Source of the DNA: Rhodocyclaceae bacterium
GTDB taxonomy: Bacteria > Pseudomonadota > Gammaproteobacteria > Burkholderiales > Rhodocyclaceae
Reading direction: 5' to 3'
NCBI GenBank assembly: GCA_028687645.1
Contig: JAQTZQ010000004.1
Location: 5,124 to 69,123 of the forward strand
Length of the DNA stretch: 64,000 bases
A program made the position numbers and the translations under genes. The notes under the pieces are model-generated. The model ran no database searches and was not told where the DNA came from. It worked only from the letters and a program-made list of their open reading frames with translations. Every line of letters starts with the position of its first letter. The stretch's first letter is position 1. Of the stretch, positions 35,949-47,141 are shown in pieces.

Positions 35949-36158
35949 GAAATTGTTGTTTATTACGGTCAACCGCGAAAAATCGCGAAAAACAGCAAAA
36001 AATTCTTGGACGAATCCCGAATAACCGGCATACTCCGGGCTTCGGGATTTCCAGCCAGTGTTTTGTTCCTGCGCCGTACGTCGGTTTGTCAGTTCCTAGG
36101 TCTTGATTCTCGTATTTTTTGGGCATTAGCCCGTTATTTTTTTCTTAGGAAGCTTCAA

Positions 36159-36362
36159 ATGGCAAACGGTACCGTTAAGTGGTTCAACGACTCCAAAGGT
36201 TTTGGTTTTATCTCCCCGTCTGATGGTGGTGAAGATCTCTTCGCTCACTTCTCAGCAATTCAAGGCAACGGTTTCAAAACCCTGGCCGAGAACCAAAAGG
36301 TAACCTTCGACGTCGTTACCGGCCCGAAAGGCAAGCAAGCTGCAAACATCCGTCCTGAGTAA
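36159..36362 (+). CDS. cspA: Cold-shock protein
   Basis: [15 protein letters not shown] and LFAHFSAI (RNP1/RNP2). Confidence 0.93.
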   Translation: MANGTVKWFNDSKGFGFISPSDGGEDLFAHFSAIQGNGFKTLAENQKVTFDVVTGPKGKQAANIRPE

Positions 36363-36392
36363 TTTATTACTCGGCTGGTTTTAGCAAGCAAG

Positions 36393-36418
36393 AAAAGCCC
36401 GGTTTTCCGGGCTTTTTT
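36393..36418 (+). terminator. Intrinsic terminator after cspA
   Basis: AAAAGCCCGG-TTTT-CCGGGCTTTTTT. Confidence 0.8.
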
Positions 36419-36451
36419 CGTTAACGCTTGCGGTAAAATCCAGTCTTTGCC

Positions 36452-37108
36452 TTGAGAGTTCCTGTGAACGGCATCACCATCGCCCTGTCCAAGGGCCGCA
36501 TTTTTGACGAAACCTTGCCGCTGTTGGCTGCCGCAGGGATCGTCCCGACCGAAAACCCGGAAACTTCGCGCAAGTTGATCATCGAGACCAACCAGCCGAA
36601 TGTGCGCGTCGTCATCGTCCGCGCCACCGATGTGCCGACTTATGTGCAGTACGGCGCCGCCGATATTGGCGTTGCCGGCAAGGATGTGCTGATCGAGCAT
36701 GGCGGCGAGGGGCTTTATTCACCGCTTGACCTGAAGATCGCCAAATGCCGGATGATGGTCGCGATTCCTGAAGGTTTTGATTACGCCAACGCGGTTCGTC
36801 AGGGGGCGCGCCTGAAGGTGGCCTCCAAGTACACCAAGACGGCACGCGAACATTTCGCCAGCAAGGGTGTCCACATTGACCTGATCAAGCTCTACGGCTC
36901 GATGGAGTTGGCGCCGTTGGCTGGTTTGGCTGATGCGATTGTCGATCTGGTATCGACCGGCGGTACGCTGAAGGCCAACAGGCTGGTTGCCTGTGAGCAC
37001 ATCATGGATATTTCCTCGCGCCTGGTAATCAATCAGGCCGCGCTCAAGGTCAAGCGCGAAACTTTGCAACCCATCATCGACGCCTTTGCTCAGGCGGTGG
37101 AGAAGTAA
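36452..37108 (+). CDS. hisG: ATP phosphoribosyltransferase (short form)
   Basis: [29 protein letters not shown]. Confidence 0.95.
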   Translation: MRVPVNGITIALSKGRIFDETLPLLAAAGIVPTENPETSRKLIIETNQPNVRVVIVRATDVPTYVQYGAADIGVAGKDVLIEHGGEGLYSPLDLKIAKCRMMVAIPEGFDYANAVRQGARLKVASKYTKTAREHFASKGVHIDLIKLYGSMELAPLAGLADAIVDLVSTGGTLKANRLVACEHIMDISSRLVINQAALKVKRETLQPIIDAFAQAVEK

Positions 37109-38410
37109 ATGGTCGCGATCAAACGACTTGTTACGGTCGACGCCGATTTCACGGCAAAAATGGATGCGCTGCTGGCCTTTGAGGCGGCTGCCGATGAAGG
37201 TATCGAGCGCACCGTTGCTGGCATTCTGGCGGACGTGAAAACGCGCGGCGATGCGGCAGTGGTTGAATACAGCAACAAATTTGATCGGCTATCGGTGGCT
37301 TCGATGGCCGATCTTGAGCTCTCCAAGGCTGAAATGCAGCAGGCACTCGACGCCTTGCCGGCTGACCGCCGTGCCGCGCTGGAAGCCGCCGCCCACCGCG
37401 TCCGTATTTACCACGAGCGGCAGCGCCTCGAAGGCTGGTCTTACACAGAGGCCGATGGCACCATGCTCGGCCAGATGATCACCCCGCTCGACCGCGTTGG
37501 CCTCTACGTGCCGGGCGGCAAGGCGGCGTATCCGTCGTCTGTGCTGATGAACGCGATTCCGGCCAAGGTGGCGGGGGTCAAGGAATTGATCATGGTCGTC
37601 CCGACCCCTGACGGCGAAAAGAACCAGCTGGTGCTGGCTGCCGCTTGTCTGGCCGGCGTTGATCGGGTCTTTACCATTGGCGGGGCGCAGGCGGTGGGTG
37701 CGCTGGCTTATGGCACGCAAACCGTGCCGCAGGTGGACAAGATCGTCGGCCCGGGTAATGCCTATGTAGCGACGGCCAAGCGCCGGGTGTTCGGTATTGT
37801 CGGCATCGACATGGTGGCCGGCCCGTCAGAAATTTTGGTGGTCTCTGATGGTTCGGGTAACCCGGACTGGGTGGCGATGGACCTTTTCTCGCAGGCCGAG
37901 CACGACGAGCTGGCGCAGTCCATCCTGATTTGCACCGATGCCGGTTTTATCGAGCAGGTACAGGCCAGTATCGAAAAACTGCTGCCAACCATGCCGCGCC
38001 GCGCCACGATTGAAACCTCGCTGACCAATCGCGGTGCTTTCATTCTGGTCCGCGATCTTGAAGAGGCGGTCGCTATCGCCAATCGCGTTGCGCCGGAACA
38101 CCTTGAGCTGTCGCTGGCCGACCCCGATCCGTGGGTTGAGAAAATCCACCACGCCGGTGCCATTTTCATTGGTCACTACACCTCCGAGTCGCTCGGTGAT
38201 TATTGCGCCGGCCCGAACCATGTGCTGCCAACCTCCGGTAGTGCACGTTTTTCATCGCCACTTGGCGTCTATGACTTCCAGAAGCGCACCAGCCTGATCA
38301 AGGTTTCCAAGGCCGGTGCACAGACTTTGGGTCGTATCGCCTCAACTTTGGCGCATGGCGAAGGCCTGCCGGCACACGCCAAATCGGCTGAGTTCCGGCT
38401 GGAAAATTGA
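37109..38410 (+). CDS. hisD: Histidinol dehydrogenase
   Basis: [39 protein letters not shown]. Confidence 0.96.
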   Translation: MVAIKRLVTVDADFTAKMDALLAFEAAADEGIERTVAGILADVKTRGDAAVVEYSNKFDRLSVASMADLELSKAEMQQALDALPADRRAALEAAAHRVRIYHERQRLEGWSYTEADGTMLGQMITPLDRVGLYVPGGKAAYPSSVLMNAIPAKVAGVKELIMVVPTPDGEKNQLVLAAACLAGVDRVFTIGGAQAVGALAYGTQTVPQVDKIVGPGNAYVATAKRRVFGIVGIDMVAGPSEILVVSDGSGNPDWVAMDLFSQAEHDELAQSILICTDAGFIEQVQASIEKLLPTMPRRATIETSLTNRGAFILVRDLEEAVAIANRVAPEHLELSLADPDPWVEKIHHAGAIFIGHYTSESLGDYCAGPNHVLPTSGSARFSSPLGVYDFQKRTSLIKVSKAGAQTLGRIASTLAHGEGLPAHAKSAEFRLEN

Positions 38411-38432
38411 GCCAAAAACGCCGTTGACCGTC

Positions 38433-38987
38433 ATGATTTCAGAATCCCAAAGCCGCCCGGACCTCCGGGCGCTTTTTTTGGGCTTTTCCTCGGTCGGCCT
38501 CTCCGGCTTTGGCGGCGTCTTGCCCTTCGCCCGACGCATGCTGGTTGAGGAGCGCCAATGGATGAGCGCCGAAGAATTCAACGCCCAACTTGGTCTTTGC
38601 CAGTTTTTGCCGGGGCCGAATGTGATCAATCTGGCGGTGGTTGTCGGCAAACGCTATCAAGGCCTGCGCGGCGCCCTTGTCGCGCCGTTCGGCCTGCTGG
38701 CCGGCCCATTGCTGATCGTCCTGCTGCTCGCCATGCTCTACGACCGCTACGGCAGCCTGCCGTTGGCGCAAGGCATGCTGCGCGGTATCGCCGCCGTGGG
38801 TTGCGGACTGCTACTGACGATGGCCTGGCGCATGGGAATGGCGCTCAAGGACAAACCCATTTTTCTGCCATTTACGGCGTTGACCGTAACAGCCATCGCT
38901 TTTTTGCGTTGGCCGATGCCGTTGGTCATGATCGCCGGCCTCATCCTCTCGGGCGGCGTCGCTTACTGGCAATTGGGGCGAAAATGA
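38433..38987 (+). CDS. chrA: Chromate transporter, short-chain subunit 1
   Basis: GLSGFGGVLP, CQFLPGPN. Confidence 0.8.
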   Translation: MISESQSRPDLRALFLGFSSVGLSGFGGVLPFARRMLVEERQWMSAEEFNAQLGLCQFLPGPNVINLAVVVGKRYQGLRGALVAPFGLLAGPLLIVLLLAMLYDRYGSLPLAQGMLRGIAAVGCGLLLTMAWRMGMALKDKPIFLPFTALTVTAIAFLRWPMPLVMIAGLILSGGVAYWQLGRK

Positions 38988-39502
38988 TTGTCCTTGAGCT
39001 TTTCCTGGAATTTGCGTTGCTGTCTTTCGTCGCCTTTGGCGGCGCCACCGCACTGCTGCCGGAAATGCACCGGGTAGTGGTCGAAAACCATCATTGGCTG
39101 GACGACACCACCTTTACCCATCTGTACGCCATCGCCCAAGCTGCGCCGGGGCCGAATGTGCTGGTCGTTACGCTGATCGGCTGGAAAGTGGCGGGGCTGG
39201 CCGGGGCGCTGGCGGCAACTTTGGCCATGTGTCTGCCGATGAGCGTGGTGATTTACCTGCTGATTGATCGCTGGGAGGGTTTTGCCGGCGCACGCTGGCA
39301 AAAGGCGATCAGTCTCGGTGTGGCACCGCTGGCAGTTGGGCTGATTTTCTCTGGCGCGACCCTGATTGCGCAGGCCGCAGCCTTTGGTTGGGCAGCATGG
39401 CTACTGGTGGCGGCAACCGTGATCGCCAATTTGCGCAGCAAACTGCATCCGCTGTGGTTCATCGGTGTTGGTGCCACCCTTGGTTTGCTCGGTCTGGTCT
39501 GA
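38984..39502 (+). CDS. chrA: Chromate transporter, short-chain subunit 2
   Basis: SFVAFGGA, AQAAPGPN; ATG 38984 overlaps the subunit 1 stop. Confidence 0.8.
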   Translation: MIVLELFLEFALLSFVAFGGATALLPEMHRVVVENHHWLDDTTFTHLYAIAQAAPGPNVLVVTLIGWKVAGLAGALAATLAMCLPMSVVIYLLIDRWEGFAGARWQKAISLGVAPLAVGLIFSGATLIAQAAAFGWAAWLLVAATVIANLRSKLHPLWFIGVGATLGLLGLV

Positions 39503-39503
39503 G

Positions 39504-40355
39504 ATGGCTATCGTTCCCTTTGCCTCCCTGGCTTGCCCGCTCGATGGCGCACCGTTAAAACGCATTGGTGCAGCCTGGCGCTGTGCCGCCGGCCACAGTT
39601 TTGACGTTGCCAGTCAGGGCTACACCAACCTGCTGCCAGTGCAGAAAAAGCGCTCGCTTGATCCGGGTGACAGCAAGGAGATGGTCGCCGCCCGGCGGCG
39701 CTTCCTTAATGCCGGGTTCTATCAACCGATTGCCGCAGCGGTGAGCCGCGCCGTGCTGGCCGATTTACCGGTCAACGCCACGGCCAGTTGTCTCGATGCC
39801 GGATGCGGCGAGGGCTATTACCTGCGCCAGTTGGCTGCCGCCGCTGACGATGAGGGTAAAGCGCTGGCCATCCTCGGGCTGGATATTTCGAAATGGGCGG
39901 TGCTGTCCGCCGCGAAACAGGATAAAAGGCCCAACTGGGTGGTTGGTAGTAATGCCAATCTGCCGGTATTAACGGGTACCGTGGATCGCTTACTCTGCCT
40001 CTTCGGCTTTCCCGTTTATCCCGAGTTTGCCCGCGTGCTAAAGCCGGGTGGCTTGTTGTTGCAGGTCGATACAGGGCCGGATCACCTGCGCGAGTTACGC
40101 GAAGTGATCTACCCGATGTTGAAGCCTGAACGCCTTGCGCTGGCGCAGATTCCCGAAGGATTTAGCGATCAGGGGTGCGAAACCGTGCGTTTGGGGCTGG
40201 AAGTTGCCGGCGCCGAACAGATCGCCGATTTACTGGCGATGACCCCGCATCTGTATCGCGCCACTGCCGAGGGGCGCGCCCGAGCAGCGGCGCTGACGGA
40301 GATTTCGTTGACCGTCGATGTCCGCTTGCGGCGCTTTGAGCGGCTAGCCCTGTGA
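39504..40355 (+). CDS. RlmA-like rRNA methyltransferase
   Basis: N-terminal CPLD...C..GHSFD zinc finger; [13 protein letters not shown] motif. Confidence 0.75.
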   Translation: MAIVPFASLACPLDGAPLKRIGAAWRCAAGHSFDVASQGYTNLLPVQKKRSLDPGDSKEMVAARRRFLNAGFYQPIAAAVSRAVLADLPVNATASCLDAGCGEGYYLRQLAAAADDEGKALAILGLDISKWAVLSAAKQDKRPNWVVGSNANLPVLTGTVDRLLCLFGFPVYPEFARVLKPGGLLLQVDTGPDHLRELREVIYPMLKPERLALAQIPEGFSDQGCETVRLGLEVAGAEQIADLLAMTPHLYRATAEGRARAAALTEISLTVDVRLRRFERLAL

Positions 40356-41450
40356 CCCAGTTATCTGGCGCAGGGCGTCAGTCAGGGCCTTGCATTCGCC
40401 TTCAGTGCCGACGGTAATGCGCAGGAACTGATCGATACGCGGCAGCTTGAAATGGCGGACGATGATGTTCTTTTCGCGCAGTGATTTGGCCAACTGCGCA
40501 GCGTCATGTTGCGCATGGCGGGCAAAAATGAAATTGGCGGCAGAGGGCAGCACTTCAAAGCCGATATCATGGAGTTCGGCGGTCAGTGAGTCACGGGTAG
40601 CGATCACGGCGCGGCAGCATTGCTCAAAATAAGCCTGATCTTCCATCGCTGCAACGGCGCCGACAATGGCCAGCCGATCCAGCGGGTAGGAGTTGAAACT
40701 GTTTTTGACCCGCTCCAGCGCCTCAATCAGTGCCGGGTGGCCGACTGCAAAACCGACGCGCATGCCAGCCAGTGAGCGGGATTTGGATAGCGTGTGCACA
40801 ACCAGCACGTTGTCGTAGTGCTCGACCAGCTTGATCGCCGTCTCACCACCGAAATCGACATAGGCCTCATCAACGACGACCGGCGTATCCGGATTGGCCT
40901 TGAGGATCTGCTCAATGGCATCCAGGGCCAGCAGGCGGCCAGTGGGGGCGTTGGGGTTGGGGAAAATGATGCCACCAATTCTGCCCATTTTTCCCGGTTG
41001 ACCGTAAGATTCACCGCAATAATCTGCCGGATTGATCGAAAAATCCTCAGCCAGCGGCACAGTGCGGTGGTCAACGCCATAAAGGCCGCAATAAACCGGG
41101 TAAAAGCTGTAAGTGATATCCGGGAACAAAATCGGCGCATCGTGCTTGAGTAGCGCCATGAAAACATGCGCCAGCACCTCGTCCGAACCGTTGCCGACGA
41201 AAACCTGCTTTGCTGTAACGCCATGCTGTTGGGCGATGGCGTTTTTGAGCAGGTCAGCATTCGGATCAGGATAAAGGCGCAGGCGTGCTGCGTCGTCACC
41301 CAATTCCGCCAGAATCCCCGCCAGCACCTTGGGCGAGGGGGGAAAAGGGTTCTCGTTGGTATTGAGCTTGATCAGGTTGGCGATCTTGGGCTGCTCGCCG
41401 GGGACGTAGGGGGTAAGGTCGCGGACGACCTGGCTCCAGAAGCGACTCAT
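40344..41450 (-). CDS. hisC: Histidinol-phosphate aminotransferase
   Basis: [41 protein letters not shown]. Confidence 0.9.
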   Translation of the reverse strand: MSRFWSQVVRDLTPYVPGEQPKIANLIKLNTNENPFPPSPKVLAGILAELGDDAARLRLYPDPNADLLKNAIAQQHGVTAKQVFVGNGSDEVLAHVFMALLKHDAPILFPDITYSFYPVYCGLYGVDHRTVPLAEDFSINPADYCGESYGQPGKMGRIGGIIFPNPNAPTGRLLALDAIEQILKANPDTPVVVDEAYVDFGGETAIKLVEHYDNVLVVHTLSKSRSLAGMRVGFAVGHPALIEALERVKNSFNSYPLDRLAIVGAVAAMEDQAYFEQCCRAVIATRDSLTAELHDIGFEVLPSAANFIFARHAQHDAAQLAKSLREKNIIVRHFKLPRIDQFLRITVGTEGECKALTDALRQITGSQG

Positions 41451-41528
41451 GGGATATTCACGAAAGGCGTAAAAGTGGACTGAAATGGTATCATGGTCGT
41501 CCATTTAACGCCTGTTAAGCCCCCTCTC

Positions 41529-42116
41529 ATGCGGCAAGTTGAAATTACGCGGAATACGCTGGAGACGCAGATTACCGTGCGTCTCAATCTTGATGGTACC
41601 GGTCAGGGCAAGTTTGCCACCGGCGTGCCTTTTCTCGATCACATGCTCGACCAGATCGCCCGGCATGGCCTGATTGATCTCGATGTCGAGGCCAATGGCG
41701 ATTTGCACATCGATGCGCATCACACGGTTGAAGATATCGGCATTTCCATTGGCCAGGCGCTGGCCAAGGCCTGGGGCGACAAAAAAGGGCTGACCCGCTA
41801 CGGCCACAGCTATGTGCCGCTCGATGAGGCGCTATCGCGTGTAGTCATCGATCTCTCTGGGCGTCCGGAGCTGGAATTCAATGTGCCGTTTACGCGCGCA
41901 GTCATCGGTCAGTTTGATGTTGATCTGGTCCATGAATTTTTCCAGGGGCTGGTCAATCACGCCGGCATGACGCTGCACATCGACAACTTGCGTGGCGTCA
42001 ATGCCCACCATCAGGCTGAAACGGTGTTCAAGGCGTTCGGTCGCGCGCTGCGCATGGCGGCCACGCCTGATCAACGCATGGCCGGCGCCATGCCGTCCAC
42101 GAAAGGCTCGCTGTGA
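41529..42116 (+). CDS. hisB: Imidazoleglycerol-phosphate dehydratase
   Basis: [21 protein letters not shown]. Confidence 0.96.
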   Translation: MRQVEITRNTLETQITVRLNLDGTGQGKFATGVPFLDHMLDQIARHGLIDLDVEANGDLHIDAHHTVEDIGISIGQALAKAWGDKKGLTRYGHSYVPLDEALSRVVIDLSGRPELEFNVPFTRAVIGQFDVDLVHEFFQGLVNHAGMTLHIDNLRGVNAHHQAETVFKAFGRALRMAATPDQRMAGAMPSTKGSL

Positions 42117-42769
42117 CGGCTGGCAGTGAATGCAAAGGCGCCATCGCCGTCATCGACTACGGCATGGGCAACCTGCGCTCGGTGTCGAAGGCGCTGGAGC
42201 ATGTCGCTGGTAATAACCAAGTTATCGTTACCGCTGATCCAGCAGTCGTTGCTGCCGCTGAGCGCGTTGTTTTCCCCGGCCAAGGCGCGATGCCGGATTG
42301 CATGCGTGAGCTTGATGCGCGTGGTTTGCGCCCGGCTGTGCTGGCGGCGGCCAAAGACAAGCCGTTTCTCGGTATTTGTATCGGTCTGCAAATGCTCTTT
42401 GGTCACAGCGAAGAAGGCAATGTCTCCGGCCTGGGTGTATTTGATGGCGACATCAAGCGCTTCCCGGAAACCAAAATGATCGGTGCCGATGGTCAGCGCC
42501 TCAAAGTGCCGCACATGGGCTGGAATAATGTGGCGCAAAAGCCGCATCCTTTGTGGGCCAATATTGAAGATGGTGCCCGTTTTTATTTCGTCCATAGCTA
42601 CTGCGTGCAGCCTGCCGATACAGCGCTAGTCACCGGCACGACCGACTATGGCATCCCCTTTACCTGCGCAGTGGGGCGGGATAATATCTTCGCGGTGCAA
42701 TTCCACCCTGAGAAAAGTGCTCGTGACGGCCTGCAACTGCTGCAAAATTTTGTAGAGTGGCGTCCCTAA
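42113..42769 (+). CDS. hisH: IGP synthase glutamine amidotransferase subunit
   Basis: DYGMGNL, LGICIG, VPHMGWN, QFHPEKS. Confidence 0.96.
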   Translation: MTAGSECKGAIAVIDYGMGNLRSVSKALEHVAGNNQVIVTADPAVVAAAERVVFPGQGAMPDCMRELDARGLRPAVLAAAKDKPFLGICIGLQMLFGHSEEGNVSGLGVFDGDIKRFPETKMIGADGQRLKVPHMGWNNVAQKPHPLWANIEDGARFYFVHSYCVQPADTALVTGTTDYGIPFTCAVGRDNIFAVQFHPEKSARDGLQLLQNFVEWRP

Positions 42770-42805
42770 ACTGCTTCATCCAAGTTTCCTTCCCTTTATT
42801 TCCCC

Positions 42806-43546
42806 ATGCTGATTATTCCTGCAATCGATCTCAAAGACGGCCAATGTGTTCGTCTCAAACAGGGCCTGATGGAACAGGCGACTGTTTTCTCCGACAGCCC
42901 GGCTGACATGGCGCGCCATTGGGTCGCTCAAGGTGCTCGTCGCCTGCATCTGGTTGATTTGAATGGTGCTTTTGCCGGCAAGCCAAAAAATGAATCGGCG
43001 ATCAAAGCCATTCTTAAAGTGGTTGGTGACGATATTCCCGTTCAATTGGGCGGTGGTATTCGTGACCTAGACACCATCGAGCGCTGTCTTGATGATGGTT
43101 TGACTTACGTCATCATCGGCACCGCAGCGGTCAAAAACCCAGGTTTTTTGCACGATGCCTGCACCGCTTTTCCCGGTCACATCATCGTCGGTCTTGACGC
43201 CAAGGATGGCAAGGTGGCGACTGATGGCTGGTCGAAACTGACGGGTCACGATGTGGTCGACCTCGGCAAGAAATTTGAAGATTACGGCGTCGAATCCATT
43301 ATTTACACCGACATTGGCCGTGATGGCATGCTGTCTGGCATCAATATCGAAGCAACGGTTCGTCTGGCGCAAGCCTTGACCATCCCGGTCATCGCCTCCG
43401 GTGGCTTGTCGCGGCTCGAAGATATCAGGGCGCTCTGCGAGGTTGAGGGCGAAGGCGTGGTCGGCACGATTGCCGGACGCGCGGTTTACGATGGCTCACT
43501 CGATTTCAAAGCCGCGCAGCAAATGGCCGACGAGTTGGGCCGCTGA
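42806..43546 (+). CDS. hisA: ProFAR isomerase
   Basis: [30 protein letters not shown]. Confidence 0.96.
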   Translation: MLIIPAIDLKDGQCVRLKQGLMEQATVFSDSPADMARHWVAQGARRLHLVDLNGAFAGKPKNESAIKAILKVVGDDIPVQLGGGIRDLDTIERCLDDGLTYVIIGTAAVKNPGFLHDACTAFPGHIIVGLDAKDGKVATDGWSKLTGHDVVDLGKKFEDYGVESIIYTDIGRDGMLSGINIEATVRLAQALTIPVIASGGLSRLEDIRALCEVEGEGVVGTIAGRAVYDGSLDFKAAQQMADELGR

Positions 43547-44304
43547 TGCTTGCCAAGCGGATCATCCCCTGTCTCGATGTCACGGCAGGGCGCGTTGTCA
43601 AAGGCACCAATTTTGTCGATTTGCGCGACGCCGGTGATCCGATTGAAATCGCCCGTCGTTACGATGAGCAAGGCGCGGACGAAGTAACTTTCCTCGATAT
43701 CACCGCTTCCTCCGATCAGCGCGACATCATCCTGCACATCATCGAAGCCTGCGCAGAACAGGTTTTCATTCCGCTGACCGTCGGTGGCGGCGTGCGCAAG
43801 GTTGAAGATGTGCGTCGCCTGCTCAATGCCGGCGCCGACAAGGTATCGATGAACACCGCAGCGGTGCAAAACCCTGATCTGGTCTTTGACGCCTCCAGCA
43901 AGGTCGGCTCGCAGTGCATCGTCGTAGCGATTGATGCCAAGCAGACCGGGCCGGGCAAATGGAACGTCTTTACCCACGGTGGGCGTAACGACACCGGAAT
44001 TGATGCGGTCGACTGGGCAAAACGGGTCGAAAAATTGGGTGCTGGTGAAATCCTGCTGACCAGCATGGATAGAGACGGTACCAAAAATGGCTTCGATCTG
44101 GCGCTGACCCGTGCAGTTTCCGATGCGATCAAAATTCCCGTTATTGCCTCGGGTGGGGTCGGCAATCTTCAGCACCTCGCCGATGGTGTGGGCGAAGGCC
44201 ATGCTGACGCGGTACTTGCAGCTTCAATTTTCCATTTTGGCGAATACACCGTGCGTCAAGCCAAAGAATACATGGCCAGTCGTGGCATTGAAGTTCGCCT
44301 GTGA
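43546..44304 (+). CDS. hisF: IGP synthase cyclase subunit
   Basis: [29 protein letters not shown]. Confidence 0.97.
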   Translation: MLAKRIIPCLDVTAGRVVKGTNFVDLRDAGDPIEIARRYDEQGADEVTFLDITASSDQRDIILHIIEACAEQVFIPLTVGGGVRKVEDVRRLLNAGADKVSMNTAAVQNPDLVFDASSKVGSQCIVVAIDAKQTGPGKWNVFTHGGRNDTGIDAVDWAKRVEKLGAGEILLTSMDRDGTKNGFDLALTRAVSDAIKIPVIASGGVGNLQHLADGVGEGHADAVLAASIFHFGEYTVRQAKEYMASRGIEVRL

Positions 44305-44702
44305 GCGATCTGAATAACGCTTTGCCGTGGCTTGAAGCCCTGAAGTGGGATGCTGACGGGATGATCCCCGCGATTGCCCAGGATCAAAATGGGCGTGTTG
44401 TCATGTTTGCCTTTATGAGCCGTGACGCCCTGCTGGAAACGCAACGAAGTGGCAACGCAGTGTATTGGTCGCGTTCGCGCCAGCGTCTCTGGCGCAAGGG
44501 CGAAGAGTCCGGCCATTTCCAGAAAGTGAAGGCGATTCGTACCGACTGTGACGGCGATGTGCTGTTGCTGACCATCGAACAGGTCGGAGGAATTGCCTGT
44601 CACACTGGTCGGGAGAGCTGTTTTTTCAATGAGTTGAATGGTGAGCGCTGGGTGTCTGTCGATCCGGTACTAAAAGACCCCAAAGTCATTTATGGGTCTT
44701 GA
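44301..44702 (+). CDS. hisI: Phosphoribosyl-AMP cyclohydrolase
   Basis: [28 protein letters not shown]. Confidence 0.95.
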   Translation: MSDLNNALPWLEALKWDADGMIPAIAQDQNGRVVMFAFMSRDALLETQRSGNAVYWSRSRQRLWRKGEESGHFQKVKAIRTDCDGDVLLLTIEQVGGIACHTGRESCFFNELNGERWVSVDPVLKDPKVIYGS

Positions 44703-44727
44703 AAAATAATAGTGGGTGGGGTTTTGA

Positions 44728-45714
44728 ATGAGTGCATCTAGCCAGATTCGTCTGGGTCTATCGTGCTGTCTGCTGTTTCTTTTTTCACCTTTGGTAGAGA
44801 GTTCAGCTTCTACGCCATTGGAGAAGATAGAGCAGGTTGCAACTGTCGATGATCAGCCTTTGCATTTGAGTTTTTCCCCGAGCATCAGGCCTGCGGCGGC
44901 AAAACCACACAAATTTAATCTGGAAGGTGCCGAGTTTGCGGCAGCCCCTGAATATTTCCCTGCGCTGCCACGCAAAACAAACGCTAACCCCGAACCAGCC
45001 CTTGATGATTTTAAGCAGAATTCAGGCTATCAATGGCGCTCCATGCCGCCGGATCAGCCAGATTGGAGCGGGGCGATGCGTGACGCTGCTTATTTCGTTG
45101 GTTATCAATTCATTGGCGTAGCGATTCTGTATGTGGCGCCTGAGAGCATTTCTGGCTGGACTGATGAATCGAAGGAGGATTACAGTTTCCAGAAGTGGCG
45201 AGAGAATGTCTCCAATCCTGTCTGGGACAAGGACAAGTGGTACGTGAATTATCTCGCCCACCCATATTGGGGTGGCGCCTACTACATTCAGGCCAGGGAA
45301 CGCGGTCTCGATAAAACCCAGTCATTTTTATACACTGTCCTGCTGTCCACGCTCTGGGAGTATGGCGTAGAGGCCGTCGCCGAGCCGGTTTCCAAGCAGG
45401 ATTTGATCGTAACCCCCTTGCTTGGCTATCTGGTGGGCGAATATTTGTTTGCCCCTTGGCGTCAATACATCCGTGATCAAGCGGGTGAAATTGGTTGGGG
45501 CGAAAAGATTGTTTTGGCACTTACTGACCCACTGGGTGTGCTGAGTGTGCAAACGGACAAAATTTTGGGGATCAAGACCAGGGTTCGCTTGACTCAAGGT
45601 GCAACAGCGACCACGACCAGCGCGCCGCTAATGAATACGCCGAATGCCAGTCTGGCGTATGCCTCAGGTATGCCCAGGTCGACCTTGGGAATTGAACTGC
45701 GGATGGATTGGTAG
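44728..45714 (+). CDS. DUF3943-like exported/outer-membrane protein
   Basis: Signal peptide; WDKDKWYVNYLAHPYWG, WEYGVEA, S.QDL..TP pattern. Confidence 0.65.
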   Translation: MSASSQIRLGLSCCLLFLFSPLVESSASTPLEKIEQVATVDDQPLHLSFSPSIRPAAAKPHKFNLEGAEFAAAPEYFPALPRKTNANPEPALDDFKQNSGYQWRSMPPDQPDWSGAMRDAAYFVGYQFIGVAILYVAPESISGWTDESKEDYSFQKWRENVSNPVWDKDKWYVNYLAHPYWGGAYYIQARERGLDKTQSFLYTVLLSTLWEYGVEAVAEPVSKQDLIVTPLLGYLVGEYLFAPWRQYIRDQAGEIGWGEKIVLALTDPLGVLSVQTDKILGIKTRVRLTQGATATTTSAPLMNTPNASLAYASGMPRSTLGIELRMDW

Positions 45715-45791
45715 TCATTGGCGACGACCTGTGATGTAAAATCTCGCGACTACAACCGTTAGGCCTATTGAAACTAAGGAATTGACGAAAA

Positions 45792-46118
45792 ATGAGCACG
45801 CATGACATCCTGCACCGTCTTTCAGAAACGCTTGCTTCGCGCCGCAACGCTGATCCGGAAAAATCCTATACCGCCCAGTTGTTTGCTAATGGCCCGGATT
45901 CCATCCTGAAGAAAATTGGTGAAGAAACGGCTGAGCTGATTATGGCCGGCAAGGAAGGCAAGCGGTTGAATGTGGTCTGGGAATCAACCGATGTGATTTA
46001 CCATGTCCTTGTTCTGCTGGCATTTTATGGCCTGAGCATTGAGGATGTTTCCCAGGAAATGCGCCGTCGTGAGGGTATTTCCGGGATTGACGAAAAGGCA
46101 GCACGAGGCGCAAAGTGA
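45792..46118 (+). CDS. hisE: Phosphoribosyl-ATP pyrophosphatase
   Basis: SYTA.L, ILKKIGEE.AE, DV.YH.LVLL. Confidence 0.94.
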   Translation: MSTHDILHRLSETLASRRNADPEKSYTAQLFANGPDSILKKIGEETAELIMAGKEGKRLNVVWESTDVIYHVLVLLAFYGLSIEDVSQEMRRREGISGIDEKAARGAK

Positions 46119-46465
46119 GCGAGTGTATTTTCTGCAAAATCGTTGAAGGCAAAATCCCGGCCAAAAAAGTATTTGAGGATGAGGATATGCTGGCCTTCAA
46201 TGACATCAGCCCGATTCGCCCGGTGCACGTTTTGGTGATTCCGAAAAAGCACATCACGTCCTTGGCTACTGCGACGCCTGAAGATGCTTTGGTGCTCGGC
46301 AAGATGTTGGCCAAGGCCAACGAAATTGCCGTCAGCCAGGGAAGCCCGGATGGTTTTCGTGTCATCATCAACACTGGTCGGGTGGGGCAGCAGGAAGTGC
46401 AGCACTTGCATATACATATCGTCGGCGGGCCGGATCCGGTTGGCCCGATGCTTAAACGCCTCTAG
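46115..46465 (+). CDS. hinT: HIT family nucleotide-binding protein
   Basis: CIFCKI; HLHIHI triad. Confidence 0.88.
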   Translation: MSECIFCKIVEGKIPAKKVFEDEDMLAFNDISPIRPVHVLVIPKKHITSLATATPEDALVLGKMLAKANEIAVSQGSPDGFRVIINTGRVGQQEVQHLHIHIVGGPDPVGPMLKRL

Positions 46466-46474
46466 GAGACAACC

Positions 46475-46708
46475 ATGGGCAGTTTTTCAATTTGGCACTG
46501 GCTGATAGTTCTGGTCATCGTCATGCTGGTTTTTGGTACTAAAAAATTGCGTAACGTCGGCCAGGATCTGGGCGGTGCGGTCAAAGGCTTCAAGGATGGG
46601 ATGAAGGAGGCTGGCGCCACCGACAAGCCTGCTGACGGGGCTGAGCCAACCCAGCAAGTCTCCGGCCAGACCATTGATGTCGAAGTGAAGGACAAAGTGA
46701 AGAGCTAA
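46475..46708 (+). CDS. tatA: Twin-arginine translocase subunit A
   Basis: [18 protein letters not shown]. Confidence 0.94.
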   Translation: MGSFSIWHWLIVLVIVMLVFGTKKLRNVGQDLGGAVKGFKDGMKEAGATDKPADGAEPTQQVSGQTIDVEVKDKVKS

Positions 46709-46717
46709 AAGGCGGAA

Positions 46718-46785
46718 ATTGGTGATTGGTTAATGGTGATTGGGATAACCCAATTCCTCCTCACTAATTCCCTCTTACGCCTCAC
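46718..46785. repeat. Heptamer-based imperfect palindromic repeat (second copy)
   Basis: ATTGGTG ATTGGTT AATGGTG ATTGGGA ... CCCAATT ... ACTAATT. Confidence 0.5.
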
Positions 46786-46790
46786 AAACT

Positions 46791-47141
46791 ATGTTTGATA
46801 TCGGCTTTTCTGAACTCATGGTCATTGGCATCGTTGCCCTGCTCGTTATCGGGCCGGAGAAACTGCCTAAAGTGGCGCGCACGCTGGGGCATTTGCTTGG
46901 GCGGGCGCAGCGCTATGTCAATGATGTCAAATCAGATATCAATCGCGAGATTCAACTCGATGAGTTGAAAAAATTACAGACGCAAGTCACCGACTCCGCG
47001 CGCGAAATGGAAACTTCAGTGCGTAAGGAATTCGAAGGCGCTCGTTCCGCCGTTGAAACGCCTGCGCTGTCTGCGGTCGATGAATTGAATGCCGCAGCCA
47101 AACAGATCAGCAGCGATATGCCGGCAAAACCAGTCGCATGA
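46791..47141 (+). CDS. tatB: Twin-arginine translocase subunit B
   Basis: MFDIGFSEL...[11 protein letters not shown]. Confidence 0.94.
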   Translation: MFDIGFSELMVIGIVALLVIGPEKLPKVARTLGHLLGRAQRYVNDVKSDINREIQLDELKKLQTQVTDSAREMETSVRKEFEGARSAVETPALSAVDELNAAAKQISSDMPAKPVA

